Notes under the pieces: generated by a model
The model's input: the letters and a program-made list of their open reading frames with translations, nothing else
Databases searched by the model: none
Told to the model about the DNA's origin: nothing
Position numbers and translations under genes: made by a program
Shown: positions 32,619 through 41,727 of the stretch, piece by piece
Layout of the letters: each line of letters opens with the position of its first letter
How positions within the stretch are numbered: position 1 is the stretch's first letter
From: an uncultured Verrucomicrobiae bacterium
GTDB taxonomy: Bacteria; Verrucomicrobiota; Verrucomicrobiia; Chthoniobacterales; UBA10450
Direction of reading: 5' to 3'
Length of the DNA stretch: 64,000 nucleotides
Assembly (NCBI GenBank): GCA_963726745.1
Contig: CAVSDR010000003.1
Span: 224,001-288,000 of the forward strand

Positions 32619-32960
32619 ATGAAAACACTACTTATCGTTACCGCGCTCGGAGCCAGCATGCTCGCTCCCCTGGCGCAGGCAGGAAATCGCGAAGGCGGCG
32701 GCCATTGGCGCCACGGCCGGCGCGCGGAGATGATGGAAAAATTCACCCCGGAAGAACGGACGAAGTTACGCGCCGCGAATCAAAAAGTGATGGCCGACCC
32801 CGTGGTGCAAGCGGCCAAGGAGCGCGTGAAGCAGGCGCAGAAGGATTTCCGCGATCTCAAGCGCGCGAAGCTGCTGCAGGCCGATCCTTCGCTCCAGCCG
32901 GTGCTCGACAAGATGCAGCAAGGGCGCGGCGGGGATAAAGCCGACCGACAGGATTCCTAA
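32619..32960 (+). CDS. Small secreted helical protein, paralog of the preceding gene
   Basis: Signal peptide; same 'KLRAA.QK..DP.V.AA...QADPS..P.L' motif. Confidence 0.78.
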   Translation: MKTLLIVTALGASMLAPLAQAGNREGGGHWRHGRRAEMMEKFTPEERTKLRAANQKVMADPVVQAAKERVKQAQKDFRDLKRAKLLQADPSLQPVLDKMQQGRGGDKADRQDS

Positions 32961-32978
32961 CGAGTCCTCCGGCGCGCG

Positions 32979-33638
32979 CTAGTCGCCGCGCGCGACGAGC
33001 GTCCCGTTTGCGGGCGAGCCGCCTTCAGCGTAGCCGCCCGCAAACTCGATGCTGCAGATGCTCCCGTAGGTCGCATGTGGCCCAACGGCCGCGCCGGCAA
33101 AGTTGTACGCCGGGTTAAAGATATTGGCGCGATGCTTCCGCGAGCGCAGGCCGTCGTCGATGATCAAAGCGATCACGATTTCCCGCGCGGAGGTGCGACC
33201 GCAGGCGAGGTTTTCGCCCCAGGTGCCGGTCCAGGAGCCGTAGCGATTGATCCGCGTGCCGGTGTCGCTCCCGTCGCGGCCTCGGTGATTCATCCCGCCG
33301 CCTATCTGCTCCGCGCAATGGTCCCAGGCGGCGCGCGACATTCCGGGCGAAAACGCCAGTGGCTCGCGGGGGGCGGCGCGGCGGAGGAATTGGATCGCCT
33401 CGTCGAGGCCACGCGTTCCCTCTTTCGTCCGCAGCGGGGTGCGGCCGGGCGCGAGATACAACGTGCCTTGAAAGCGGCCGCGCATTTCCTCGAGGAAATC
33501 GGCGTAGAGCATGGGGTTCTGGCGCGCGAGATTCATTTCGTGCACGATCGCCGCAGCCGGGACCTCCAGCGACGCCGCGGAAACCGGGAAAACGCTCGCA
33601 AAAACAGCCAGCAAGATGAGCAGCGAAGCGCGCGACAT
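32979..33638 (-). CDS. CAP (SCP/PR-1) domain protein
   Basis: 'N.AR', 'HRGRDGS', 'GENL', 'LIIDDG..SRKHR.NI'. Confidence 0.88.
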   Translation of the reverse strand: MSRASLLILLAVFASVFPVSAASLEVPAAAIVHEMNLARQNPMLYADFLEEMRGRFQGTLYLAPGRTPLRTKEGTRGLDEAIQFLRRAAPREPLAFSPGMSRAAWDHCAEQIGGGMNHRGRDGSDTGTRINRYGSWTGTWGENLACGRTSAREIVIALIIDDGLRSRKHRANIFNPAYNFAGAAVGPHATYGSICSIEFAGGYAEGGSPANGTLVARGD

Positions 33639-33652
33639 ATGCGCGGTTTACA

Positions 33653-33668
33653 AGCAGGCCCGGTGCCA
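33653..33668 (-). promoter_or_regulatory. Candidate sigma-54 promoter for the CAP gene
   Basis: Minus strand TGGCACCGGGCCTGCT, close to the TGGCAC-N5-TTGCW consensus, just upstream of ATG. Confidence 0.5.
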
Positions 33669-33702
33669 GCATTTCGCCCGGCACACGAGGGCGAATCGCT
33701 AT

Positions 33703-33731
33703 TTGACACTCCGCGGCATCACTCCTACTTT
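33703..33731 (+). promoter_or_regulatory. Sigma-70 promoter of rplM-rpsI
   Basis: TTGACA-17 nt-TACTTT, 20 nt upstream of the rplM ATG. Confidence 0.7.
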
Positions 33732-33750
33732 GCGGGCCCTTTCCCAGCCG

Positions 33751-34182
33751 ATGAAGACGTTTTCTGCCAAAGCCAACGAGGTCCCACGCAAGTGGTGGAT
33801 CATCGACGCCAATAATCAAATCCTCGGCCGCGTAGCCGTGAAAGCCGCCAATCTCCTCCGGGGAAAAGAAAAGGCGATCTACACCACGCACGTCGACACG
33901 GGCGACTTCGTCGTCGTGATCAACGCCGAGAAGGTTCGCCTGACCGGCAAGAAAGAGGACCAGAAAACCTACATGAGCTACTCCGGCTTTGTCGGCGGCC
34001 ATAAGTCGGAAAACGCCAAGGCCCGTCGCGAGCGCCATCCGGAGTTGATGGTTGAGCGCGCGATCCGCGGGATGATTCCGCACAATAAACTGGGCCGTCA
34101 GGTTTATCGCAAGCTCAAGGTCTACAAGGGCGACCTCCATCCGCATGTCGCCCAGGCGCCCGCCCCGGTCGCTCTCGCCTAA
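33751..34182 (+). CDS. rplM: 50S ribosomal protein L13
   Basis: 'W.IIDA....LGR.A...A..LRGK', 'DTGDFVVVINAEK'. Confidence 0.97.
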   Translation: MKTFSAKANEVPRKWWIIDANNQILGRVAVKAANLLRGKEKAIYTTHVDTGDFVVVINAEKVRLTGKKEDQKTYMSYSGFVGGHKSENAKARRERHPELMVERAIRGMIPHNKLGRQVYRKLKVYKGDLHPHVAQAPAPVALA

Positions 34183-34197
34183 TCTCTCTTTCCTCTC

Positions 34198-34593
34198 ATG
34201 GCTACCACTGAAGAATTCATCGCCACCGGCCGCCGCAAAACCTCCGTCGCGCGCATTCGCATGTCCGCCGGAAGCGGCAAACTCGACGTCAACGGCAAGG
34301 CGTTTGAAGAATATTTCCCGACCATTCCGCTGCAGAACACCGTCCTCCAGCCGCTCCAGGCCGTGAAGCTCGCGACCTCTTACGATGTCTCGATCAACGC
34401 TGCCGGCGGCGGTCCCACCGGCCAGGCCGGGGCGGCGCGTTTGGCGATCGCCCGCGCTTTGCTCCAAGTGGACGCAAATCTTCGCGGCACGCTTAAGGCC
34501 GAGGGTCTCCTTCGCCGTGACCCACGGATGAAGGAGCGGAAGAAATCCGGCCAGCCGGGTGCGCGGAAGCGCTTCCAGTTCTCGAAGCGCTAA
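34198..34593 (+). CDS. rpsI: 30S ribosomal protein S9
   Basis: 'TGRRKTSVAR', 'GGG..GQAGA', 'ERKK.G...ARKRFQFSKR'. Confidence 0.97.
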   Translation: MATTEEFIATGRRKTSVARIRMSAGSGKLDVNGKAFEEYFPTIPLQNTVLQPLQAVKLATSYDVSINAAGGGPTGQAGAARLAIARALLQVDANLRGTLKAEGLLRRDPRMKERKKSGQPGARKRFQFSKR

Positions 34594-34616
34594 GAGCGAT
34601 TTTCAGAGTTCCCGGG

Positions 34617-34647
34617 AAGGCGCGCTGCGGCGCGCCTTTTCATTTTT
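34617..34647 (+). terminator. Rho-independent terminator after rpsI
   Basis: AAGGCGCGC-TGCG-GCGCGCCTT followed by TTCATTTTT. Confidence 0.8.
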
Positions 34648-34668
34648 AGCCGGCAACTTCAGCACGCC

Positions 34669-35361
34669 TTACGGCTGCGTGGGCGCCGGAGAAGCAACCG
34701 CTCCCGGGGAAGCCGCCGGGGCGGCGCTCGCGGCCGGTGCCGGCGCTTTCAGCGTGCGTAAAGATTGGGATGCCTCGTTGGCCACGGCGCTGTCGCGGTA
34801 TTGCGTCAGGATCGTTTCCGCGACCTGGCGCGCCTGCTCGATCTGGCCTTTTTGTTTCAAGAGCGCGACCTGCGCGAGAAGGGCCAGCGGAGCGTTGAAA
34901 TCGCGCGGGTGCTCCGAGGCAACGCGGCGATAGGCGTCGAAGGCTTCGTCGGTTTTGCCGAGCGAATCGAGATTGGCCGCTTGCGCCATTTTCGCGGTAG
35001 TCACGAACTCGTGTTTCGGATGCTGCGCGACAAATTTCTCCAGGGTCGCGTTGGCTTCGGCGAATTTTTTCTCCTTCCGCTGCTCCGCGGCGAGCAAGAG
35101 ATACGCGGTCGAGCCGGCGCCGGCGCTGCTGTATTGCGCAATCACTTTCTGGAAGTCGTCGGCTGTTTTCGCCTGGGCCAACATCGCCGCGGCGGCATCT
35201 TCCCGGCGCTGGTTATAAAGATGGAACGCGCCCCAGGCGATCGCACCGAGGATGATCGCGAGCAGGCCCGCGAGGATGGGCGTCTTATAGCGCATCCAGA
35301 CAATTTGCGAGTCGAGGACGGGATCGGGCGTGGACGTGGCGGTGGAAGGGAGAGCAGTCAT
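34669..35361 (-). CDS. Membrane-anchored TPR protein (YfgM-like)
   Basis: Single N-terminal TM helix followed by TPR-like helices. Confidence 0.8.
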   Translation of the reverse strand: MTALPSTATSTPDPVLDSQIVWMRYKTPILAGLLAIILGAIAWGAFHLYNQRREDAAAAMLAQAKTADDFQKVIAQYSSAGAGSTAYLLLAAEQRKEKKFAEANATLEKFVAQHPKHEFVTTAKMAQAANLDSLGKTDEAFDAYRRVASEHPRDFNAPLALLAQVALLKQKGQIEQARQVAETILTQYRDSAVANEASQSLRTLKAPAPAASAAPAASPGAVASPAPTQP

Positions 35362-35465
35362 TGGCAAAGCACGCGCCGGTGCGGCGCGGAGTCGTGATAT
35401 GCCACGCGCGGCTTTCCCGCGCAAGAGCACAGGGCCGGGCGGCGCATCCCCCGCGAATTCCTCAG

Positions 35466-35981
35466 ATGGGCCGCAACATCTGGCTGACTGCAATGGGTCT
35501 GGGCGTCGCCGCGAGTCTGCTGGCTGCGGCATGCTCCGAAAAGGCGGCCCCGGCGCGCCCAGGAGCGCTCCGCGAGGAGAGCGACGCCGACCGGCCCGAG
35601 GAAGACCAGATTGCGGAAGATTGCGTGGCCTTCGTCCGCGCTACGAAAGTGGTTCCCGCGCGCGCCCCCCGGGCGGACTGTCCGGAGTGTCCCGCTGCCG
35701 GGGCAGAGGCGTTAAAGTTTCAACATATGGAAATGGAGGCGATCTCCTGCTCGGAAGAAACGTGCACGGTGAAGGTGACGCTTCACGCGGTCTTCCAACC
35801 AGCCACGGGCGACGCCATCGCCGGCGGATTAACCGCGTGGATTCCTCCGGAGCAACGCGCAGGCTATTTGCATGGACAGCCGCCCGCGGGCGAAAAGGTT
35901 TTTCCCGTCGTCATCACTTACCAGCGGCGCGCGGAAGGATGGCGGGCGATCGAATTCGATCGACCTTCGCCATCGAAGTAG
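35466..35981 (+). CDS. Hypothetical lipoprotein
   Basis: Lipobox-like 'LAAAC'; several Cys. Confidence 0.55.
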   Translation: MGRNIWLTAMGLGVAASLLAAACSEKAAPARPGALREESDADRPEEDQIAEDCVAFVRATKVVPARAPRADCPECPAAGAEALKFQHMEMEAISCSEETCTVKVTLHAVFQPATGDAIAGGLTAWIPPEQRAGYLHGQPPAGEKVFPVVITYQRRAEGWRAIEFDRPSPSK

Positions 35982-36108
35982 CGCCCTTCGCTTCCATCGC
36001 TTCGCGGCATACACCCAATCGGCTGCGCGAAGACGAAATATCTGCATTCGGTGTCCCACAGCGCCCAACGACCGCTGTGCGTGCCCCGTCCGGAGGTTTC
36101 CCCATCCT

Positions 36109-39100
36109 ATGAAAATTCGTTTCCCTCGCCACGCAGCGTTGCTGCGCCCTGTCCTTGCCTTCTCCCTCTGCTTCGCGGCCGCGATGCTTCTCCTGCTCGC
36201 CTTGGCCAAGGCGCAACTGACCGAGACCTCGCCGCCTTGGCTGAAGCGATTCGCCTCCGCCTTCGGCGTCGACTCAACCTTCCATCGTCCTGCCGGCGGT
36301 GGAGGGGCCTCCGTTAAACTGGACAAGAATCCACCGGAAGCGCCGGCAGTGCTCCCGCAAGGAACACGCGCGGCCCGCTCCAGTCAGGCGACCCGCGATC
36401 AAGGCCCGGTGACGCCGGTTCGCAGTGGGAAATTGCGCGCCCTGCCGCCAATCGATCCCGAGACGGTGACCAAGCATTATCACGTCGAGCCCGTTTATCC
36501 CGAACCGCCGACGCGCAGCGGTGCGCCCGATGGCCCCATCCAAACGGAAGCCGGGGCCGTGACCTCAGCCCCGAGTCCCGCAGGCATCAGCTTCGACGGT
36601 GTTGGCGTGGGCCTGGGGACCTACAGTCCTTCGAGCAATCCGCCGGACGTGAATGGCCGAGTCGGCGCCACGCAGTATGTGCAGTGGAACAACACCAGCT
36701 TCGCGGTTTTCAACAAAACGACCGGCGCGCTCGAATACGGTCCTGCTGCCGGGAACACGCTCTTCCAAGCGCTCGGCGGTGTCTGCGCCTCGCACAATGA
36801 TGGCGACCCGGTGGTCTCCTACGACATTCTCGCAGGACGCTGGGTGCTTTCGCAATTTGTCGTCGGCGGCCCGGCGGGCGGCTACTCGCACCAATGCTTT
36901 GCGGTCTCCACCACCTCCGATGCCACCGGCGAGTATTACCTCTACGACTTCATTACCGACCCGGTGAATTTCGTCGATTATCCGCACCAGGGCGTCTGGC
37001 CGGATGGTTACTACATGGCTGCACACGTCTTCAGCGCCGGGCCGATTGAAGTGCCGGTGGCGGTGCCCGGGGCTTTCATCGAGGGACGCACGTATGTCTT
37101 CGAACGGGAGAAAATGATCAAAGGGCTTCCGGCGCGACAAGTAAGCGTCGAGATGGGACGCCAGATCGGCCATCTGCCGGGCGATCTGGATAGCTTAACG
37201 CCGCCGCCCGTGGGCGAGGCGGCATTTGTCCTGGGACCGAACGAAGCCCTGACGAATATCACGAACTCGTATCGCTTGCAGGTGACGTGGGATCCGACCC
37301 CGGCGGTGGCCGTCACCCGCGGACAGATTCTCTTCGGCACCGGCACGCCGCCCTGCGTGAACGGGCAGGCCTCCCCCGCGCGCGATTGCGTCCCGCAGCC
37401 TGCGCCGGCCACAGGTCTCGATTATCTCGACCGCCTTTCGGGCCGCTACATGTATCGCCTGGCTTACCGCAACCAGGGCACGCCAGCGGTGGCTGATGAG
37501 TCGCTCGTGGTTAGCGCGCCCACCTCGGGCAGCACGAGCACCCCGGCGCACGGGGCAGTGCGCTGGCTGGAGTTCCGCAACGCCGGCGATTCCCTCGCGA
37601 CGCCGACTCTTTTCCAGTCCGGCACTTTCGATCCGGACATTAGTTATCGTTGGATGCCTTCAGTCGCGATGGATAAGGATCGCAACATTGCGCTCGGCTA
37701 CAGCAAGTCGAGCCTCACGATCAAGCCGGGCATTTATCTCACCGGCCGGCTGGCGGGCGATCCCGTCGGCCTCATGGGCGCGGAGGCGGAAATACAGCCA
37801 GGCTTGGGCGTGCAACTGGGTGCCGGAAATCGCTGGGGCGATTACACCGCGATGACCTTGGACCCGATCGACCAGTGCACCTTCTACTACACCAACGAAT
37901 ATCTGAAAACGACCGGCAGCTTCAATTGGTCCACCCGCATCGCCGGCTACCGGTTCCCCACCTGCACCTCGGCAGCGAATCTCTGGGGCACCGTCACCGG
38001 CACCATTACCTCCGCTGAAACCGGAGCGCCGATCTCCGGCGTGCGCGTTTCCTTGAGCAACGATTACGCCGGCGCCAGTAATGCCAGCGGCGTTTACACC
38101 ATCCTCGTGCCCGCAGGGACCTACACCGCGATGGCGGCCGACGCTGCCCGCAATTGCGCCTCGGCCTCGCCGGCGTCGGTCACGGTCTCCCCGCCCGGCG
38201 GCGGGTCGGTCGTCCAGAATTTTGTCATGAGCGGCGTCTCCAAGCTGGAAGCGAGCGGAGCCACAATCGATGACTCGTTAGGCAACGGCAATGGCATCGT
38301 CAATCGCGGCGAATGCGTCCGGGTGAACCTGGGAGTGAAGAACAATGGCTGCGCCAAAGCGTCGGCTATTTCCGCGCAGCTCACCACCACCACGCCCGGC
38401 GTGACCGTGGTCGACGGTGCTTCCAGCTACTCCGACAAAGCGATCGATGAAAGCGGCAACAACCAGACGCCCTTCAAGATCTCGGTGTCCGATTCCTTCG
38501 GCTGCGGCACCGAGATCGCGCTCGCGCTCAACCTCACCTACGCGAATGGCACCAAGACGATCAACTATTCCATTCCCACCTGCGCCGGCGGCCCCGATCA
38601 GGCGATCCCCTCGAGCCAGTTGACCACCAGTGATGCCACCCAGCAGGATCGCCTGGGCCGCAACGGCCGGCCGAGCACCTGTGCGGGCAAGGCCAGCCCT
38701 GGCGGCGGCTTCGCGGGCACGAAGTACTACAAGACCTTTACCTTCACCAACACCGCGGGCGCGCCGCGCTGCTACACGGTCACGATCAATGCCGGCCTCA
38801 ACGGCCCCGGCGATATCGAAAGCGCGGCCTACGACCAGGTCTACGATCCGGCCAACCTGAGCACGAATTACCTCGGCGACACCGGCATTAGCGGCCTCGG
38901 CACCACCGTCGATACCGCCAGCTACGCCTTCACCGTTCCGGCAGGGCATAACTTCGTCATCGTGGTCAACACCACCGGCTCGAACACTTCCGGCAACATC
39001 GCCTCCTCGCCCTTCAGCGGCACGGTTTCCGGATTCATCAACAACGCCGCCGGGCCCGGCGACTGCGCATCCCTTCCGCCGATTCCCGCGCTGCTCAGCG

Positions 39101-39591
39101 GCGCCTCGCGCCTGACCCATGGTTCCGCCGGGACCTTCGACGCGCCCTTGCCGCTGGATGGCAGCGGGATCGAGCCGCGCCGCGGGAACGGCAATTACCT
39201 GGTCGTCCTGCATTTCGACCGCGCCGTGCAAAGCGGCAGCGCCACCGTTTCCTCGGGCACCGGGATGGCGGCGCCGCCGACCTTTAGCGGCAATGACATG
39301 CTCGTGCCCTTGAGCGGCGTCGCCGATCAGCAGCGCCTCACGCTCACGGCTACGAACGTCTCCGGCGCGGGTGGACCGGTCCTGGCCTCGGTGAATCTGC
39401 AGATGACCTTCTTGATTGGCGACACGAATACGGACCGCACCGTCAATGCAGGCGATGCCTTGCAGACCCGCGATCGCTCCGGCCAACTCAGCGACATGAC
39501 GAACTTCCTCACGGACGTGAACCATGACGGCACGATCAATGGCGGCGACGCCATCATCGTGCGCGGGCAGTCCGGGAAAACGGTCCCGTGA
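36109..39591 (+). CDS. Large secreted multidomain protein (propeller-like N-domain, carboxypeptidase-regulatory-like domain, C-terminal Ig-like and dockerin-like module)
   Basis: 'PPD.NG.VG..QYVQW.N', 'GDPVVSYD', 'DYP', 'RWGDY'; 'GTVTGTIT...GAPISGV.V'; C-terminal 'GDTNTDRTVNAGD...DVNHDGTINGGD'. Confidence 0.85.
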   Translation: MKIRFPRHAALLRPVLAFSLCFAAAMLLLLALAKAQLTETSPPWLKRFASAFGVDSTFHRPAGGGGASVKLDKNPPEAPAVLPQGTRAARSSQATRDQGPVTPVRSGKLRALPPIDPETVTKHYHVEPVYPEPPTRSGAPDGPIQTEAGAVTSAPSPAGISFDGVGVGLGTYSPSSNPPDVNGRVGATQYVQWNNTSFAVFNKTTGALEYGPAAGNTLFQALGGVCASHNDGDPVVSYDILAGRWVLSQFVVGGPAGGYSHQCFAVSTTSDATGEYYLYDFITDPVNFVDYPHQGVWPDGYYMAAHVFSAGPIEVPVAVPGAFIEGRTYVFEREKMIKGLPARQVSVEMGRQIGHLPGDLDSLTPPPVGEAAFVLGPNEALTNITNSYRLQVTWDPTPAVAVTRGQILFGTGTPPCVNGQASPARDCVPQPAPATGLDYLDRLSGRYMYRLAYRNQGTPAVADESLVVSAPTSGSTSTPAHGAVRWLEFRNAGDSLATPTLFQSGTFDPDISYRWMPSVAMDKDRNIALGYSKSSLTIKPGIYLTGRLAGDPVGLMGAEAEIQPGLGVQLGAGNRWGDYTAMTLDPIDQCTFYYTNEYLKTTGSFNWSTRIAGYRFPTCTSAANLWGTVTGTITSAETGAPISGVRVSLSNDYAGASNASGVYTILVPAGTYTAMAADAARNCASASPASVTVSPPGGGSVVQNFVMSGVSKLEASGATIDDSLGNGNGIVNRGECVRVNLGVKNNGCAKASAISAQLTTTTPGVTVVDGASSYSDKAIDESGNNQTPFKISVSDSFGCGTEIALALNLTYANGTKTINYSIPTCAGGPDQAIPSSQLTTSDATQQDRLGRNGRPSTCAGKASPGGGFAGTKYYKTFTFTNTAGAPRCYTVTINAGLNGPGDIESAAYDQVYDPANLSTNYLGDTGISGLGTTVDTASYAFTVPAGHNFVIVVNTTGSNTSGNIASSPFSGTVSGFINNAAGPGDCASLPPIPALLSGASRLTHGSAGTFDAPLPLDGSGIEPRRGNGNYLVVLHFDRAVQSGSATVSSGTGMAAPPTFSGNDMLVPLSGVADQQRLTLTATNVSGAGGPVLASVNLQMTFLIGDTNTDRTVNAGDALQTRDRSGQLSDMTNFLTDVNHDGTINGGDAIIVRGQSGKTVP

Positions 39592-39595
39592 GCGC

Positions 39596-40207
39596 TTAAC
39601 TCGCGGACTTCCGGCCGGCTTTTCGCAGCGCGATTTGGTCCGAGGGACGCGTGTCGGCTTTGAGAAACTTTCGCATCAAGGCCAGCGCCTCGTCATTTTC
39701 ACGCGGCGTGTTTGAGGCGCAGCAATCCTCCGGGATGAGCAGGTCGTAGTCGCGCATGTAAGCGTCGTTCGCGGTGAAGAGGACGCAGAAGTTGCCGGCT
39801 AATCCCGTGAGGATGAGCCGGCGCGATCCGAGGTAACGCAGGAGCGTTTCCAAAGTGGTCGCGAAAAACCCGGAGTGCTTCGGCTTGAGCACAAAGTAAT
39901 CGTCCTTCGCCGGGCGCAGCATTTCGGCGATCTTGCGGCCGCGCACTCGCTGCGCGAGGCAGTGCCGGATGGTGCGCTGGAAGTCGGATTGCCAGCGCCC
40001 GAAGTTGTCGTTCACGTAGATCACCGGCACGCCGGCCTGGCGCGCCCGGCGTTTCAGGCGGCGGAGGTTTTTCGCCATCGCGAGCGCCTGCGGCAGCATC
40101 CCCTCGGCCTCGGGGAAATCGAGGTCGTTGATCACGTCGATCAAGAGCAGCGCCGTCTCGCACTTGTCCGGCGCGTTCCCGTGCAGGTCGGAGTTCTTCG
40201 GCGGCAT
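39596..40207 (-). CDS. Isochorismatase-family cysteine hydrolase
   Basis: 'ALLLIDVIND', 'KPKHSGFF.T.L', 'GLAGNFCVLFTA.DAYMR'. Confidence 0.9.
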   Translation of the reverse strand: MPPKNSDLHGNAPDKCETALLLIDVINDLDFPEAEGMLPQALAMAKNLRRLKRRARQAGVPVIYVNDNFGRWQSDFQRTIRHCLAQRVRGRKIAEMLRPAKDDYFVLKPKHSGFFATTLETLLRYLGSRRLILTGLAGNFCVLFTANDAYMRDYDLLIPEDCCASNTPRENDEALALMRKFLKADTRPSDQIALRKAGRKSAS

Positions 40208-40251
40208 GAGGTTTTCACCCAGGCCGGCGAAGGCCGTGAGCGTGGGACGCG

Positions 40252-40530
40252 TCAGCTCTTTTTCCGCGAGCTCTTCTTGGCGCTGCTTTTCTTGGCGCTC
40301 TTCTTTGCGCCACCGCTCTTCTTCCCGCCTTTGCGCGAGCTGACTTTCGAGCTCTTCTTGCCGCGACCGGAGCCGGATTTCTTCCCGCCCTTGTCCTCTT
40401 TGTTGACCGTGGCCCAGGCGCGGCTCTCGGCTTCTTTTTTGGAAACGCCGCGCTTCTCGTAGCCCTCTTCGATATGCTCGGCTTTGCGCTTCTGTTTGTC
40501 GGTGTAAGCCGACTTGTCCCCTTGTGGCAT
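40252..40530 (-). CDS. Small basic protein ('GDKSAYTDKQKR.AEHIEEGYE' family) with Lys/Ser-rich tail
   Basis: MPQGDKSAYTDKQKRKAEHIEEGYEKRGVS..EAE.RAWATVNK; KKSS/KKSA repeats. Confidence 0.85.
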   Translation of the reverse strand: MPQGDKSAYTDKQKRKAEHIEEGYEKRGVSKKEAESRAWATVNKEDKGGKKSGSGRGKKSSKVSSRKGGKKSGGAKKSAKKSSAKKSSRKKS

Positions 40531-40656
40531 ACGTCCTCCTGGTTTTTGCGCGCGACCCTTTCGCACGCTTCAATTTCCGAATCGCAACCGACCTAGCGAC
40601 TGGATTGGTCGCGAAAGATTGGACGCCGCCGCCTCCGCCGTGGAAACTCCGCTCCT

Positions 40657-41727
40657 GTGCCGCACGACAAACTTTTCATTCCCGGCCCGGTCGAGGTCTC
40701 ACCGAAGACTTGGGAAGCTTTCACCCGGCCGATGATTGGTCACCGCTCGGAGGCCTTTCGTGAGCTTTACCGGGCAATCCACCCGCCGCTGCAGGAACTC
40801 TTCGGCACAAAACAGCCGGTCTTCCTCTCCACCTCCTCGGCCTGGGGCGTGATGGAAGCCGCGATCCGCAACGTGGTCCAGGAGCGCGTCCTTTGCTGCA
40901 TGTGCGGCGCCTTCTCCGACAAGTGGCTCGACGTCGCGCGCCGCTGCGGGGTGCAAGCCGAGGGCTTGCAGGTGGAATGGGGCCGGCACATCGACCCCGC
41001 TGCGCTCGACGAGAAATTAGCCAGCGGGATGTTCGACGCGGTTACCCTGATCCACAACGAAACCTCCACCGGTGTAATGAATCCCCTCCCCGAGATTTGC
41101 TGCACCCTCGCCAAGTATCCCGAAGTCGCGCTGATTGTGGACACAGTTTCCTCCTTCTCCACCATGCCGATCCCGATGGACTCGTTAGGCATCGACGTTC
41201 TCCTCACCGGCAGCCAGAAAGCACTCGCGCTCCCGCCGGGCTTCTCGCTCTTCGCGGTCTCGCCGAAGGCGATGGCGCGCGCCGCGGAGGCAGAAAATCG
41301 CGGCTACTACTTCGACTTCCTCGAGTTCGCGAAGAACCAGGAAAACGACATGACGCCCACGACCCCGAGCGTGGCCCACATCCATGCGCTGCAGTCGCAG
41401 CTCGAGATCATGCAAGCCGAAGGCCTGGCGAATCGTTTCGCGCGCCACGCGCGCACGAACGCGCTGGTGCACGACTGGGTGCGAGCGCGCGGCTTCGAGT
41501 TTTTCGCCGAGGAAGGCTACCGCTCCGTCGGCCTCACCTGCGTACGAAACAGCCGACAAATTGATGTGGCCAAATTAGTCAGCGATCTGCGCGCGAAGCA
41601 TCATCTGGTGATCGACGGCGGCTACGGCAAGCTCAAAGGGAAGACCTTTCGCCTCTCCAACATGGGCGACGAAACCGAGGAAACCGTGGCGCATCTCCTG
41701 CGCTGTCTCGACGATTGTCTCTCCTGA
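40657..41727 (+). CDS. Class V PLP aminotransferase (alanine-glyoxylate/serine-pyruvate type)
   Basis: 'LFIPGP', 'HNETSTG', 'VDTVSS', 'GSQKAL.LPPG', 'TP.TP'. Confidence 0.9.
   Translation: MPHDKLFIPGPVEVSPKTWEAFTRPMIGHRSEAFRELYRAIHPPLQELFGTKQPVFLSTSSAWGVMEAAIRNVVQERVLCCMCGAFSDKWLDVARRCGVQAEGLQVEWGRHIDPAALDEKLASGMFDAVTLIHNETSTGVMNPLPEICCTLAKYPEVALIVDTVSSFSTMPIPMDSLGIDVLLTGSQKALALPPGFSLFAVSPKAMARAAEAENRGYYFDFLEFAKNQENDMTPTTPSVAHIHALQSQLEIMQAEGLANRFARHARTNALVHDWVRARGFEFFAEEGYRSVGLTCVRNSRQIDVAKLVSDLRAKHHLVIDGGYGKLKGKTFRLSNMGDETEETVAHLLRCLDDCLS

Noticed and set aside
39596..40573. 325-aa ORF as an N-terminally extended isochorismatase
   Set aside because: The extension is an alternative frame of the small basic protein gene 40252..40530; the hydrolase plausibly starts at ATG 40207
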